Below the pieces are notes generated by a model. The model was not told where the DNA came from, ran no database searches, and was given only the letters and a program-made list of their open reading frames with translations. Below, in pieces: positions 1 through 13,311 of a stretch of 64,000 bases of DNA. This stretch comes from Torpedo marmorata. Taxonomy: Eukaryota. The position numbers and the translations under genes were made by a program. Numbering within the stretch: the first letter of the stretch is position 1; every line of letters begins with the position of its first letter. Location of the stretch: positions 233,058,001-233,122,000 of the forward strand of contig OZ360219.1 of assembly GCA_977017645.1 (NCBI GenBank). Direction: 5' to 3'.

Positions 1-3000
1 TATTTAAAAGGTTTGATAATAAGCTATTCGGTAAAAATTAAGAAAGATTATTTGAAAGAAGCAGAAAAATTAGAGAAGGAGATTGAGCTTATGGAAAAAG
101 ATTTACAGAGAAATAAATCAATTCGTAAGAGAAATCTTTTAATAAGGAGGAAATTACATTATAATTTATTACAAACTTATAAAACGGAAAAATTAATTGA
201 AAGAATGAAGCAAAGATACTATGAATTAGGGGAAAAAGCTCATAAGGTTTTAGCATGGCAGTTAAAAAAAGAGCAAATTTCTAAAACTATAAATGCTATA
301 AAGAAAAATAATACTGGTGAAATAACTTATAAACCCCAAGAAATAAATGAATCTTTTAAAGATTATTATCAGAATTTATATAGATCTCAGGTTGATCATG
401 ATGATTTGAAGATTAATAGATTTCTATCTAAAATTACTTTACCTAAATTGAATATTCAGAATAAAAATTCTTTGGATTTACCTTTTACGATGAGAGAAGT
501 TAGTGAGGTTCTTTCGACGTTGAAAAGTGGTAAATCCCCTGGTGATGATGGATTTCCAGTAGAATTTTATAAGGAATTTAAAGATTTATTAATACCTCCA
601 TATATGGAAGTATTGAATCAAATTACGGAAACCCATTTATTACCGAAAACATTTTTGAATGCTATTATCACAGTTATACCAAAGAAAGATAGAGATGTAT
701 TAAAAACTGAGTCATATAGACCTATTTCTTTGTTAAATGTAGACTATAAAATAATGGCAAAAATTTTGGCTAATAGAATAGCTAAATATTTACCAAATTT
801 GATACATCCTGATCAAGCTGGCTTTATTAAATATAGATATTCAAAAGATAATATAGCTAGATTAATAAGTTTAATTAATTTATATAAAAAGAAACAGGAT
901 TTACCATTGGTTGTAACGTTAGATGCAGAAAAGGCTTTTGATAGATTAGAATGGAATTTTTTATTTAAGGTGTTAGAGAAATTTGGTTTTGTGAATACTT
1001 TTATAAATTGGATTAAAACTATATATAGAGAACCTACAGCTAAAGTAATTACAAATGGACAAATATCGCCAAAATTTCCTTTAACGCGTTCTACGAGGCA
1101 GGGATGTCCCCTGTCACCAGCCCTATTTGTTTTGGCAATAGAAACCTTGGCTGAATTGATTAGAATAGACCCTAATATAGTAGGGATTAAAGTAGGTATG
1201 GAAGAACATAAGATTAGTTTGTTTGCAGATGATGTATTAATATATATGATGAAATCTATTACATCACTTCAACAACTAGCTATTATATTAACAGAATATG
1301 GTGAAATATCTGGTTATAAAATTAATTCAGATAAAAGTGAGATAATGGCTTTATCTCAAGGTGATTATACTAGATGTAGAGAGGTTACGGAATTTAAGTG
1401 GGCAAAAGAAGGAATTAAATATTTGGGAGTTAAAGTGGATACAAAATTAGAAAATTTGTATAAATTAAATTATGTACCTTTATTTACGAAAATAAAGAAA
1501 GATTTGGAAAATTGGAAAGATTTGCCTATAACTTTAATGGGAAGAGTAAATTGTATTAAGATGAATATTTTTCCAAGAATTCAATATCTTTTTCAATCAA
1601 TTCCTTTCGGAATTCCAAATTTTTTAAAAAAAGATTTAAAGTTTATTATCAGGAAATTTTTATGGAAAGGGAAGTTAGCAAGAGTAAGTATGGATAAATT
1701 AACATGGAATTATGAGATGGGAGGATTGCAACTTCCTAATTTTCAATATTATTATAAAGCAGCTCAATTAAAATTTGTTAATGAATTCTTTGATTTAGCT
1801 AAATCTTCTGCTTGGATTAATATAGAATTAAATAATATAGGAGAAAATTATAAAGAGGATATTATTTATAAGTGGAATTCTAAATTATTATCAGTAAAAA
1901 AAAAATTCTCCGATTATTAAACATTTGTTGGAAATATGGACACAGGTAGATAAAGAAATAGGTGGAAAGGGGTTAATTTCTTTAAATATGCCATTATATC
2001 AAAATCCACTTTTACCATTTACTATTAATAATCAGTTATTGAAATTATGGTTTCAAAAAGGAATTAAGAATTTTAAGGATTGTTTTGAGGCTGGAAGATT
2101 TGTTACGTTTCAAAGATTGAAGGAAAAATTTAATGTATTAGATAATACATGGTTAGCTTATTATCGTTAAAGCTTTTTTGATTGAGAAATTAGGGGATGA
2201 TTTGATTGCACCAATACAAAATGAGTTAGAATTATTAATAACTAAAGCAAATGTCAATAAGTTTATTTCTCAGATGTATAAATTATTTCAGAGAAAAATG
2301 CCTAAAGTAGGATTACATAAATCAAGATTAAAATGGGAATTAGATTTAAATGTTAATATAGCTGAAAATCATTGGAAAGATTTATGTAAATTAAGTATGA
2401 CTAAAGTTATTAATGTTAGATATAGATTAGTACAATATAATTTTTTCCATCAATTATATTTAACACCAAAAAAATTAAAGAAATTTAATCCGACATTATC
2501 AGATTTGTGTTTTAGATGTAAGAGTGAAGTAGGTTCTTTTGTTCACTCTACATAGTTATGTCCAAAAATTCAAGATTTTTGGTTGAAAGTTAAGAATTTT
2601 TTAGATAGAGTTTTTAATGTTATGTTTCCAATGGACCCTATGTTATTTTTATTTGGAGATATTAGAAAATTTAGTATTAGGAATAGATTGAATATGTATC
2701 AGGTAGAATTTTTACGAATTGCTTTAGCTGTTTCAAAAAAATGTATTGCTATTACTTGGAAATCAGATTTAGATTTAAGTTTAGATAGGTGGCATGCAGA
2801 ACTCCGTTCGTGTATTCCACTGGAAAAGATTACTTATAATTTACGTAATAAGTATCATTCTTTTTTGAAAATTTGGAGCCCATATAGGAGAGTTATGGGT
2901 TTAATGATTTGAACTCTCTAGATATCAGGTCTATGGCGAGTTTAACCTCCATGATAAAATTAGTTTGTAGATGGTTGTCCCCTTACTATTAATCTATATT

Positions 3001-3183
3001 TTTCTTCTTTCTTTTTTACTATACTTTTTTTTTTATTATTATTTTTTAGAATAGTGGGGATGGTGGGGTTTGGGAAGGGAGGGTGGGTATGGGGGGAGGA
3101 AATATATATCACATGTATTTTGAAAGTTATATATTTTGATTTATGTATTTTGAGATTTAAAAATTTAAATAAAATAATTAATA
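1..3183 (+). mobile_element. L1-clade LINE (lineage A), 3' part of ORF2 plus 3'UTR; 5' part lies outside the window
   Basis: ORF 13..1920 has L1 RT motifs (KSPGDDGF, YRPISLLNVD, LDAEKAFD, RQGCPLSP, LFADD). The broken continuation to 2912 has the C-terminal CFRC...H motif. The 3'UTR has a T-rich tract, a G-rich tract and an AATAAA/A-rich end at about 3167-3183. Confidence 0.95.
13..2912 (+). pseudogene. L1 ORF2 (RT plus C-terminal domain), disrupted
   Basis: 635-aa open stretch, a frameshift in the A-run near 1905, then stops at 2170 and 2555; fragments are collinear with L1 ORF2. Confidence 0.92.
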
Positions 3184-4606
3184 AATGGGCTTCTACTCAG
3201 ACAGAGCAGAATTATCATTCCTCAATCACTGCGACAAGAGATGCTGAAAAGGGTGCATGAGGGGCACCTTGGAATGGAAAAATGCAAGAGGAGGGCCAGA
3301 ACTGCTGTCTATTGGCCAGGGATAAATGCTGACATTGACAGGATGGTTTACATCTGTGAGACCTGTTTGAAACATCACGCAAAGGAGACAAAGGAACCCA
3401 CGATAATAACTAACTTACCAGCAGAACCATGGCAGAAAGTTGGGACTGATCTGTTCCACATGGATGGAAATAATTACTTGCTGGTTATTGATTATCTATC
3501 GAACTATCCGGAGATTGCGCTGCTTCCTAATATGTCTGCTGCTTGTGTGATCAAATATATGAAATCGATCTTTGCAAGACATGGAATTCCTCAAATTCTC
3601 TGCAGTGACAATGGACCATGCTACAGCTGCAGAGAATTCCAGAACTTTGCAGAAGTATGATTTTCGACATGTGACTTCAAGTTCTCTGCATCCACAGTCA
3701 AACGGTAAAGCAGAGAAAGGAGTTCCCATAGTTAAATAGTTGCTCAAGAAAGCACAAGACAGTGGCTCAGATCCGTATCTAGCTCTATTGAGTTACAGAG
3801 CTTCGCCATTTGAACATGGCATGTCACCCGCTGAGCTTCTGATGGGACGTAGACTACACACCACACTTCCCTACTCTGCAGACCCAAACAAGAACAGAGA
3901 TGTCGAAGATGTCGAATGGAAACAAAAGCGTCTGCAATGGAGACAAAAAGCAAACTATGACAAGTATGCAAGAAGTTTAGGGCCACTGGCACAACATGAC
4001 ACAGTGAGACTCAGAGATTCCAACACTTGGGACAAAAAGGCTACTGTTCTGGAGGAAGTAAATCCAAGATCCTACACTGTCAGAACAGAGGATGGTCAAA
4101 TACTGAGGAGGAATCAAAAGAGCCTGCTGAAAATGCAAGAGACACTGCAAGAACAGACAAATGCAGAGGATCCAGCCTGCACAGCAACAGAGGAAACACC
4201 ACCAGTGCTAGACAGTAGCGGACCAGCAGAGCCGACACAAGCACCTGTGTTAAGAAGATCCACACGTGTTATCAAGGCACCTGACAGACTGAATCTCTAA
4301 AAGAAAAGGAACTTCACAATTAAAAGTTTGTGCTGCTGTGTTTACATTTGTGTTGAACTGTAAATTGAAATGAATACTGTATTAGTGTGTCATGTTGTTA
4401 GATTAAACAACTCAAGGAAAGGGGATGTATTGATAGAGTGCTAGTGATCCTCCTGACCACTAGAGGGAGCCATAGACTAGTTTGTTGCAGCTCCGGGTAT
4501 TCAAGATTGATGCCTCCACACGGTCATGAGTGAGTTCTTTAGCTAATAAAGTATAGTTATTTTCAAAGAACCCAAGTTTCTTTATTACAATAAAAGAAAC
4601 CCCACA
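3184..4606 (+). mobile_element. Gypsy LTR retrotransposon (Mag-like), integrase region plus 3' LTR; interrupted upstream by the L1
   Basis: Integrase motifs HEGHLG...C..C, PWQKVGTDLF, SDNGP; polypurine tract AAGGAAAGGGGA at 4414-4425. About 95% identical by eye to 41837-43086. Confidence 0.93.
4426..4606 (+). repeat. 3' LTR (181 bp, TG...CA)
   Basis: Starts TGTATTGATAGAG directly after the PPT, ends ACCCCACA, contains AATAAA; homologous to the LTRs at 38770 and 43087. Confidence 0.9.
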
Positions 4607-4773
4607 GGCACGTTTGACAAATCTGTTAGCTTTTTTGAGGTGTAATGAGCAGAATAGAGAAGGAGATATCAATGAATATGATGCACAGAACATAGAAAAT
4701 TACAAAACAGTACAGGCTTCACCCCATGATGTTGTGCCAACCTATGTTCCCTGACAAATTATGGGTTTTGACT

Positions 4774-6070
4774 TCTTTTTTTTTCTTTTTAAAATATTTT
4801 TATTGTTTAACATATATCATACATACATAATCTGTAATAAACAGATAACAAATCATATCGTATACATGTAAATATAAAATATTGGAACTACATTAAAATA
4901 TTTTTCATATAAACAAAGGGTAAATTCTGTATGATTTCAAAAATCAACTGTAACAGTCATAGTTAAACCCATTTAACCAATTAATCAAAAAAAAGGATAA
5001 AAAGAGAGTAAAAAAGAAATCAAAAAGAAAAAAATCCAATAATGGCTGGCATTAAGAATGATTGGGAACATCAGAATCAGAATCAGAATCAGAATTTATT
5101 GTCGTGAACAAGTCATGAAATTCGATGTTTTGCGGCAGCATCATAGTGCAATTAACATTCATATTATAACCATCTTACGACATTACTATAAAAAATATAT
5201 AAATAATAGTGCACGAAAAGTAAGGCAGTGTCTTTGGTTCATTGATTATGCAGGAATCTGATGGCAGCGGAGAAGAAGTTTTCCTTGTGCCGTTGAGTGC
5301 TCGTCTTTAGGCTCCTGTACCTTTTTCCTGATGGTAGCAGAGTGAAGAGGGCATGGCCTGGGTGGTGGGGGTCTTTGAGGATAGAGGCTGCTTTTTTAAG
5401 ACACCGTCTCATGTAGATGTCCTCGATGGAGTGAAGTTTGGTGCCTGTGATGTCACAAGCCGAGTTAACAACCCTCTGGAGTTTATTCTTATCCTAAGAG
5501 TTGGCACCTCCATTCCAGGCAGTAATGCAACCAGCCAGAATGCTCTCCATGGTACACCTGTAGAAGTTTACGAGAGTCTTCAGTGGCAATTTAGGAAGAT
5601 TCTGGGAAAATATTTTTCAAATTTTATCAATGATTTTTAAGATCAAATTACATTCATGTCCATTAATTGCTTTGTTTGGTTGTTCTCGAGCACTGGATAT
5701 ACTTCTATCTGCATCTCAGGAGAAAGTTTTAGCTTTTACCATGTTGCTAGCCAGACGAGCAATTTTATTGAAATGGAAAGAAGATTCTTCACCTATTCAT
5801 ACACAGTGGTTACACGATGTAATGACTTATTTAAGCTTAGAGAAAATTAGATACAATATTAAAGACAGTAACTTTCAATTTGATAAGATCTGGGGCCCAT
5901 TCATTGAATTTTATCACAATTGGAAGATTTAAGATGTTTGGATGCTCCAAGAATTCTCTGTCTAGTGTCTGGAGGTCGCTATTTGATCCATATTTTTACT
6001 TTTTTTTAATGGTAACCTTGATTAGAGGAAGGGGTTAGAATAGAATTAGGTTAGTTTTTTTTTGTTTTGT
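4774..6070. mobile_element. 5'-truncated, 5'-inverted L1 insertion (tail on minus strand 4774-5068; inverted segment on plus strand about 5586-6070)
   Basis: Poly(T) plus TTTATT at 4774-4804. The plus segment encodes the L1 ORF2 C-terminus (ARRAILLKWK...LEKIRY) and proximal 3'UTR. TSD TGGGTTTTGACTT at about 4762-4774 and 6071-6083. Confidence 0.85.
5069..5585 (-). mobile_element. Rex1/Babar-type LINE 3' fragment
   Basis: (GATTCT)n tail after GACAATAAA on the minus strand; close paralog of 11177-11685, which encodes the Rex1-type C-terminus (KDPHHPGHALF). Confidence 0.88.
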
Positions 6071-6083
6071 TGGGTTTTGACTT

Positions 6084-7580
6084 TTTAAAGGCCTTTTATA
6101 AGGTGCCACATTAGAGGTTAATCAACAAAATTAGAGCACAGGGAAATGGGAGAAATGCACTGACATTTGAGAATCAGTTACGAGAAAGAAAATAAAAACT
6201 CAAGTAAACAGACAATTTTAGGTTAGGATGCTGTAATTGGTTCAATGCCACCGGGATTGGAGCTGGCGTCTCAGCTGTTCACAATCTGTCTGTAATTTGG
6301 AAGAGGGGATCAGGTGCAGCATGTCAAAGTTTGAAGCTGCTGCAGAAACAGATGGCAGTGTGGGTAGTGAAGAGGGTAGAGAGGCCTCAGATGGATTGCT
6401 TCAGTGACTGATCAATGATATGGCAGATGATCTCGTTAAATGTGAGGTCATTCCCTTTGATAGAAGGATCAGAAAAGTGGAGTAGTGTTTAAATTATGAG
6501 TTTGAAAAGTGTTGGTGTACAGAGGGACCCAGTGTCATTGAACATAATTCACTCAGAGTTATCATGAAGGTACAGCAGAGTACAGTAAAACTCCTGGTAT
6601 CCGGAATTGAAGGAAACGGCAGTCTCAAGCAACCGGCAGCCTCAAGCAACCGGTGAAAAAAATCGAGGAAAATAAATTTTTAAAAATTTAAATAAATAAG
6701 AATAAAATAATAGGTAAAAATACATGTTTAAAATTGTAAAAATAAATGTTCCTTGTAAAAATAAGTGTGCCTTTTTGTGATTTGCTCATAGCACCTGTTT
6801 GAATAAAATTGTGTGAAATACAGTAGCAATTGCGTCGTCCAGGATGAAGAGCTGGTTGATGCTGCTCGACGTTAGGGTGACTCTCTTAAAGTGTCTCCTT
6901 ATCCCTGCTTAGTAAAAGTTGCTCCAGTCAGAGGCTTTATCTGTAAACTTGGGGGAGGGGTGGTTAATTATCTATAATGTTATTGCTTGTCTTTCGGGCA
7001 TCTCCGTGGAGTGGGAGTAACCTGCAGATGCAGCGACGGTTAAATGTTTTCAAAGAATGTGACTGAAAATAAAGTAAAATGCCTTAAGGTTTATATATTC
7101 ATGCAAGTGAAGTTTGTTCAGTGTAAGTACAGCATAGTATTTTTGTCTTTTAAACTGTTTATTCTTAATGCAGGTATATTAGTTAGGAATTGTAAGAGTA
7201 AGTCTTAAGCAACCTGAAAATACACTTATTTGACATCTATCAATCCCCATAGGTGCCGGATACCAGGGGTTTTACTGTATTAGGTTGATCTTCACTGCAA
7301 AGATATTTAAGCACAAGAACAAAGATGTCTACGGAAATTACATTGGACCGGATGAGAATATTGTTTAGAGGTCTGACTATCCAATCTAAGGAAGAATATA
7401 CTTGTGAAAAAGGGAGAGAATAAAGTTTCATTATATTGATTCCTGGGATGGTGGGTTTGTTGTGTGCAGAGTGATTAAGTAGTCAGGACTAATGATTTTG
7501 AGTTCAGAAAAATGAGAAGTGATTTAATTGAAGCAGACACAATTCTTTTGCGGAATGACAAAATAGACAGAGAAATGATG
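6084..7580 (+). mobile_element. Old degenerate CR1 LINE fragment, interrupted by a MITE
   Basis: Decayed DF.KAF.KVPH-like codons at 6080-6110; collinear with the CR1 at 9110-9950. Confidence 0.7.
6583..7277. mobile_element. Tc1/mariner-pogo non-autonomous DNA transposon (MITE)
   Basis: TIRs CAGTAAAACTCCTGGTATCCGG / CCGGATACCAGGGGTTTTACTG, flanked by TA on both sides. Confidence 0.9.
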
Positions 7581-8562
7581 TTAGATTCTTCAGTTTTGAT
7601 GGCGATAAGGAATAAGAAGAGTCAGGAACCATTTAATGTCAATTGATTCTCTAAACTGACTTTTACCCCTCAGTTAGCAACTATTTTGACGTTTTCATAT
7701 CCTTCACTGTCAAGGAAGATAGAAAATCATTGGTTTTAATCTATAATTACCTAATTGTAGAATGTGCATTTATTGGGAATTATTATATCAGCATTTTAAG
7801 CTACTGCTACCTTTTGTAATTGGTTTCACAGATACACCTTAGCCAATTTATCCCTCATATGTAATCGCCGTTATTTACTCTAGTTTCAGAATTACATTTA
7901 CAATGCTCAAATAAAATATAAAATTCTGTCTTATAGAATCATAAAAATTTACAGCACAATAGAGGCTCATTCAGCCCATTCAGTTACATTCATGCTAAAA
8001 GTTGTGATCATATATTTCCTGAGGATCATTTACTGCAAAATTGCTCATTAATTCGATCTCAGTACACATGACCAGATCTAGAATTACCTTGGTGTGGTCT
8101 ACCTGATATCCTGGAAGTTATCTCAGCTGCTTTCCATGAATTTTTCATTATTATTAATTCTGTTTTTTTGCATTACCTGGCTGATTTACGTTTAAAGTCA
8201 CCATATTTATTAAACCACCTTTATTTCTCATTTGATGTTGCATCCAAAAGTATAGTCAACCTTCAGAGGATCTATTGACAATAAATGTTTTCTGACCCTT
8301 GCATTCCTTATCTTCATCCAAACTGATTCTGCCACCTAATAGAAGATAGAGAAGACCCAAGATGCTTTATCCTAAAACAGTAATCTCATACTTTCCTGGT
8401 AAAGACATTCCCACCTTCTTCTTTTCTGCCTTTCTATATGAATTGCCAAGTACCTTGGTATATTTAGTTCCTAGCCTTGGTCATCTTACAACATTTTATC
8501 TGGTAATTCTGGAAATGCTCAGCAGGTCAGTCAGCATCTAGAGAGAGAAAACAGTTAACACT

Positions 8563-10352
8563 TCAAATTTTAAATTTTACATTTTTAAATTTTAAATTTA
8601 GACATACAGCATGGTAGCAGGCCCTTCTGGCCCATGAGCCCGTGCCACCCAAATATCCCAATTAACCTATAACCGCCGTACGTTTAGAAAGGTGGGGAGA
8701 AACTAATGGGACTAAAGCCGGACAAATCCCCTGTCCTGATGAAATGCATCCCAGGATTCTGAGGGAAATGGCAGAAGTTATAGTCAATGCATTGGTGGTC
8801 ATATATCAAAATTCTCTGGATTCTGGGCAGGTCCCGGCAGATTGAAAGACAGCAAATGTCACGCCACTTTTTAAGAAGGGATGTAGGCAGAAGACTGGGA
8901 ACTATCGGCCAATTAGCTTAACGTTTGTAGTTGGGAAAATGCTTGAAGCTGTCATTAAGGATGAAATAGTGAGACATTTAGAACAAGGGGTTCAATTAGG
9001 CAGACGCAGCATGGGTTTAGGAAGGGCAGATCTTGTTTGACAAACTTGTTAGAGTTCTTTGAGGACATAATGGGTGTGGTAGATAGAGGGGAACAGGTTG
9101 ATGTTGTATATTTGGATTTCCAGAAAGCGTTTGATAAGGTGCCGCACAAGAGACTTATCAGTAAGTTGCAGGTGAATGGAGTCCAGGGAAGTATATTGGC
9201 ATGGATTGAGGATTGGTTGTCTGACAGGAGGCAGAGAGTCAGGATAAATGGGTGTTTTACTGATTGGTAGACAGAGGTAAGTGGGGTGCCGCAGGGGTTG
9301 GTACTGGGCCCACAACTGTTCATCATTTACATTGATGATTTGGAGGAGGGGACAAAATGTGGTATAGCCAAGTTTGCGGATGATACTAAATTGAGTGAAA
9401 GAGTAAATTGTACTGAGGATGTGGAGAGGCTGCAGAGGGAAATAGTTAAGTTAGGTGAATGGGCAAAGGTCTGGCAGATGGAGTACAATGTTAGTAAGTG
9501 CGAGGTTATCCACTTTGGCAAGAAAAATAAAAGAGCAGAGTATTATTTAAATGGTGAAAAACTGCAGCATGCTGTTGTGCAGAAGGACTTGGGAGTGCTT
9601 GTGCACGAATCGCAAAAAGTTGGGTTGCAGGTGCAGCAGGTTATTAAGAAGGCAAATGGAATGTTGGCCTTCATCGCAAAAGGAATTGAATTCAGGAGCA
9701 AGGAGGTAATGTTGCAGCTGTACAAGGTACTGGTGAGACCGTACCTGGAGTACTGTGTGCAGTTCTGGTCTCCATATTTGAGGAAGGATATACTGGCCTT
9801 GGAGGCAGTCCAGAGGAGGTTTACTAGGTTGATCCCTGAGATGAAGGGGTTGACTTATGATGAAAGATTAAATCGTCTGGGATTATACTTGCTCAAGTTC
9901 AGAAGATTGAGAGGAGATATTATAGAAACATATAGAATTATGAAGGGGATGGATAGGAAGGTTTTTTTCACTGGCGGGTGAGACCAAAACTAGGGGACAC
10001 AGCCTGAAGATTTGGGGGAGTAGATTTAGGACAGAGATGAGGAAAAACAGTTTTTCCCAAAGAGTGGTGAATTTGTGGAATTATCTACCCAGGGAAGCGG
10101 TTGAGGCTGCTTCATTGAACATATTTAAGGTTCAGTTGGATAGATTTTTACATAAAAAAGGAATTGGGGGATATGGGGAAAGGGCAGGTAGGTGGAGCTA
10201 GGTCATTGATCAGATCAGCCATGATCTTATTGAATGGCGGAGCAGGCTCAATGGGCTGGTTGGCCTACTCCTGTTCCTACTTTCTTATGTTCTTATGAAA
10301 CCAGAGCACCCGGAGGAAACTCACGCAGGCACGGGGAGAACGTACAAACTCA
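8563..10352 (-). mobile_element. HE1-like V-SINE (8563-8704 plus 10298-10352) split by a CR1 insertion
   Basis: Both pieces are reverse complements of the SINE at 34944-35232; AT-rich tail at 8563-8600; GAAAC is duplicated at the break. Confidence 0.8.
8705..10297 (+). mobile_element. CR1 LINE, 5'-truncated (RT domain plus 3'UTR)
   Basis: TNLLEFFE, YLDFQKAFDKVPH, PQG.VLGP, KFADDTKL, LEYCVQFWSP; tail TTCTTATGTTCTTATG. Confidence 0.95.
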
Positions 10353-11176
10353 GAACTGTATCTCCAAAATGATTGTCAGATCAAACCCAGTTAATTATTA
10401 TTGTGCTATTGAACCATCCGCTTGTCAAGAAAGTTTTGTGCATTCAGATAAAGTTCTTTAATTTTGTGCCTGTACAGTTTTCCTCTATTTTGATTTAACT
10501 TGCTGCTGCATCATTAATGTTATATGTTGTTTCTTAAACTTTGTTTATTATTACTCACTTTGTTGTACTGCAATATTACTTATCATTTCTCCTTAAATTT
10601 CGCAATGTTCCCTTGTCTTATTCATTGTATTTGGCAATTTTAAAGTATAAATATTGGTAGAAAGGAATTTAATTTAATCAGAATTTTTCAATAGTTCACT
10701 CTATGTGCTTGCCACAAAAAATATTCATTTATCTGTTGATATAAGTTCTTTGTGTGGCTCAATAGACTCACGATTTATTTTTCCAGCTGTAGAAATATAA
10801 TGAATTTCAAGGGGATTGCTTTGAAACTTCCACTTGTCCTTTCCTGATGTTTAATTTGATTTGCAGGTATATTCAAAGCAGAGCCCAATTAAGGGAATCG
10901 AGAGACACTGAAGTAAAAGTTCAGCAATGAACTCATTGAATAACAGAGCAGGTGGAAGTGTCCAAATATTGTACTTCTGCTTCTAGAGCTTGTGTTCTTC
11001 AATTCTAGTTGTGAAAATGCTATTTTTCTTGATTGATGAGACTTTGGCAGAGAAATATCCCAAAACAGCCCAACTGAGCAAATTGGAACCAGTAGAAAGC
11101 TACTAAGACCAATGCAAAGCTGGAGTTAAGAAGGTAAGAAGGGCTGTTGATCATAAGGCTCCAAGCCATATATTTC

Positions 11177-12158
11177 AGAATCAGAATCAGAATCAGGATT
11201 TATTGTCATGAACAAATCACAAAATTTGGTGTTTTGCGGCAGCATTATAGTGCAAACATTCATATTATAACCATCATACGACATTACGATAAAAAAATAA
11301 ATAAATAATAGTGCATGAAAAGTAAGGCAGAGTCTTTGGTTCATTGATTATTCAGGAATCTAATGGCAGCGGGGAAGAAGCTGTCCTTGTGCCATTGAGT
11401 GGTCGACTTTCGGCTCCTGTACCTTTTCCCCGATGGAAGCAGAGTAAAGAGGGCATGGCCTGGGTGGTGGGGGTCTTTGGGGACAGAGGCTGCTTTTTTA
11501 AGACACCTTGGGTAGATGTCCTCGATGGAGTGAAGTCTGGTGCCTGTGATGTTACCGGCCGAGTTAACAACCCTCTGGAGTTTATTCTTGTCCTGAGAGT
11601 TGGCGCCTCCATACCAGGCAGTGATGCAACCAGTCAGAATGCTCTCAATGGTACACCTGTAGAGGTTTACGAGAGTCTTTGGTGACATACCGAATCTCCT
11701 CAGACACCTCACAAAGTATAGCCGCTGGCGAGCCTTCTTTGTGATTGCATCAACGTGGAGGCTCCAGGACAGATCCTCGGAGATGTTGACACCCAGGAAT
11801 TTGAAGTTCTTGACCCTCTCCACTACTGAGCCCTCGATGAGGACTGGGTCGTGTTCCCCTGACTTCCTCCTGATGTCCAAAATCATTTCCTTGGTTTTGC
11901 TGACGTTGAGCGCAAGGTTGTTGTTGTTACACCATTCAACGAGCTGATCTATCTTCCTCCTGTACGCTTCTTCAGTGCCGTTTATGATTCTGCCAAGAAC
12001 TGTGGTGTCATCGGCAAACTTGTATATGGCATTGGAATTGTGCCTGGCCACACAGTCATGGGTGTATAATGAGTAGAGCAGTGGGCTAAATACGCATCCT
12101 TGGGGTGTGCCTGTGTTGATAATCAATTAGGAGGAGACGTTGTTACCAATTCATACTG
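11177..12158 (-). mobile_element. Rex1/Babar-type LINE, 5'-truncated
   Basis: ORF 11341..12126: GTPQGCVFSPLLYSLYTHDC, KFADDTTV, LALNVSKTKE, QRLYF, YRCTIESIL; (GATTCT)n tail. Confidence 0.93.
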
Positions 12159-12210
12159 ACATTCATATTATAAACCATCTTACAACAATACTATAAAAAA
12201 TAAAATAGTA

Positions 12211-12270
12211 CAGGTACATAATCTTTTATCCGAAACCCTTGGGACCAGACACTTTTCGGAATTCGGAATT
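12211..12270. mobile_element. Left end of a Tigger4/MER46-like pogo element; probable continuation 26054-26375 after the L1
   Basis: TA followed by CAGGTACATAATCTTTTATCCGAAACCCTTGGGACCAG resembles Tigger4/MER46 termini (from memory); right TIR not found. Confidence 0.55.
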
Positions 12271-12408
12271 GGGTGACTACATGGATTAAGCCGTGTTAAT
12301 CATCGGCTCTGCCAACATTTAACACTTTCCACCTCCAGACCTAACTGTTTTTGTGATATTCACTAACTGAACTGTGGTGGGAGTGTTTTTCAACAACATT
12401 ATTGATAA

Positions 12409-13308
12409 TGTTATGGAACATGACTGACCATATGGACTGCGGACGGTTAGCAGGAAGGATGAAGTCTTTTGGAGTATACACTGGGGCCAGGTACTGAAAG
12501 AGTTAACTTCCCCAGCTACTTGGTGTACCCAGACAAGATACATTGTTGCACTCTTGGTGTACCCAGACAGAGAGAGACCAGAGAGAGAGACAGAGACAGA
12601 CTGGACAAGATACATTTGTTTCACTTTTGCAAAAAGCAGGGCAGATCTCTGCAAAGCAGACACAGTTGTGAGTTGCAAGGCTACAAGACACAGCCAAATC
12701 CAGGTGTGTGCAAAGTCAGAGAAAGACTGACAGAATAGCACATGGCCTCCTGTCTCAGAGAAATTCTGAGAAAAAGCAACTTCTGTGGAGAACAGGCGTG
12801 AGATCAGCGAGACTAGCTGTGAGATTCAAGCATATGCCTAAATCAGTTCTATACTGATCTGGAACTTGCAATCCTTATGAACCTACAAGAAGGGGACGTC
12901 ATCAGAGAAGAAAACAAGTATTTGTAAGCATAAACAGTCATTGTCTCTCTCCAACGTTCATTCAGAAGTACTTCTACCAGACACAGAGCTGAATTGAAGC
13001 CTGAACTTACAGAGTGGATTTTGTGGACTGTATTATCCTTTTTTTTGACTGACATGTTTTTTTATGACTGACCTGGGGTTTTTGGGGAAAGTTTTTCAAT
13101 TTTTACATAAGGGTTGGGCACAAACTGTAATGGTCTGGGCTTTACACACACACACATACACCTTTTAGATAAGAATAGAGTTTATAGACGTTTATAGTGG
13201 GGTTAATTGTTGTGAAATTATATGTTTACTTGTGTTTAATAAATAATAATTTCAATTTTACCCCTTTTGCATTGCGTCTTCTGTCATTGCTGGTTTGAAT
13301 TTGTAACA
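12409..13308 (+). repeat. 5' LTR (900 bp)
   Basis: Direct repeat of 17407-18293; about 17 substitutions plus a 14-bp and a 1-bp indel by eye (about 98% identity). Confidence 0.97.
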
Positions 13309-13311
13309 AAT

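Noticed and set aside
5069-5095. Short periodic repeats (TCAGAA)n, also at 11177, 22693, 26669 and 60090, as telomeric or CRISPR-like arrays
   Set aside because: They are microsatellite tails of Rex1-type retroposons; no spacers and no cas genes.
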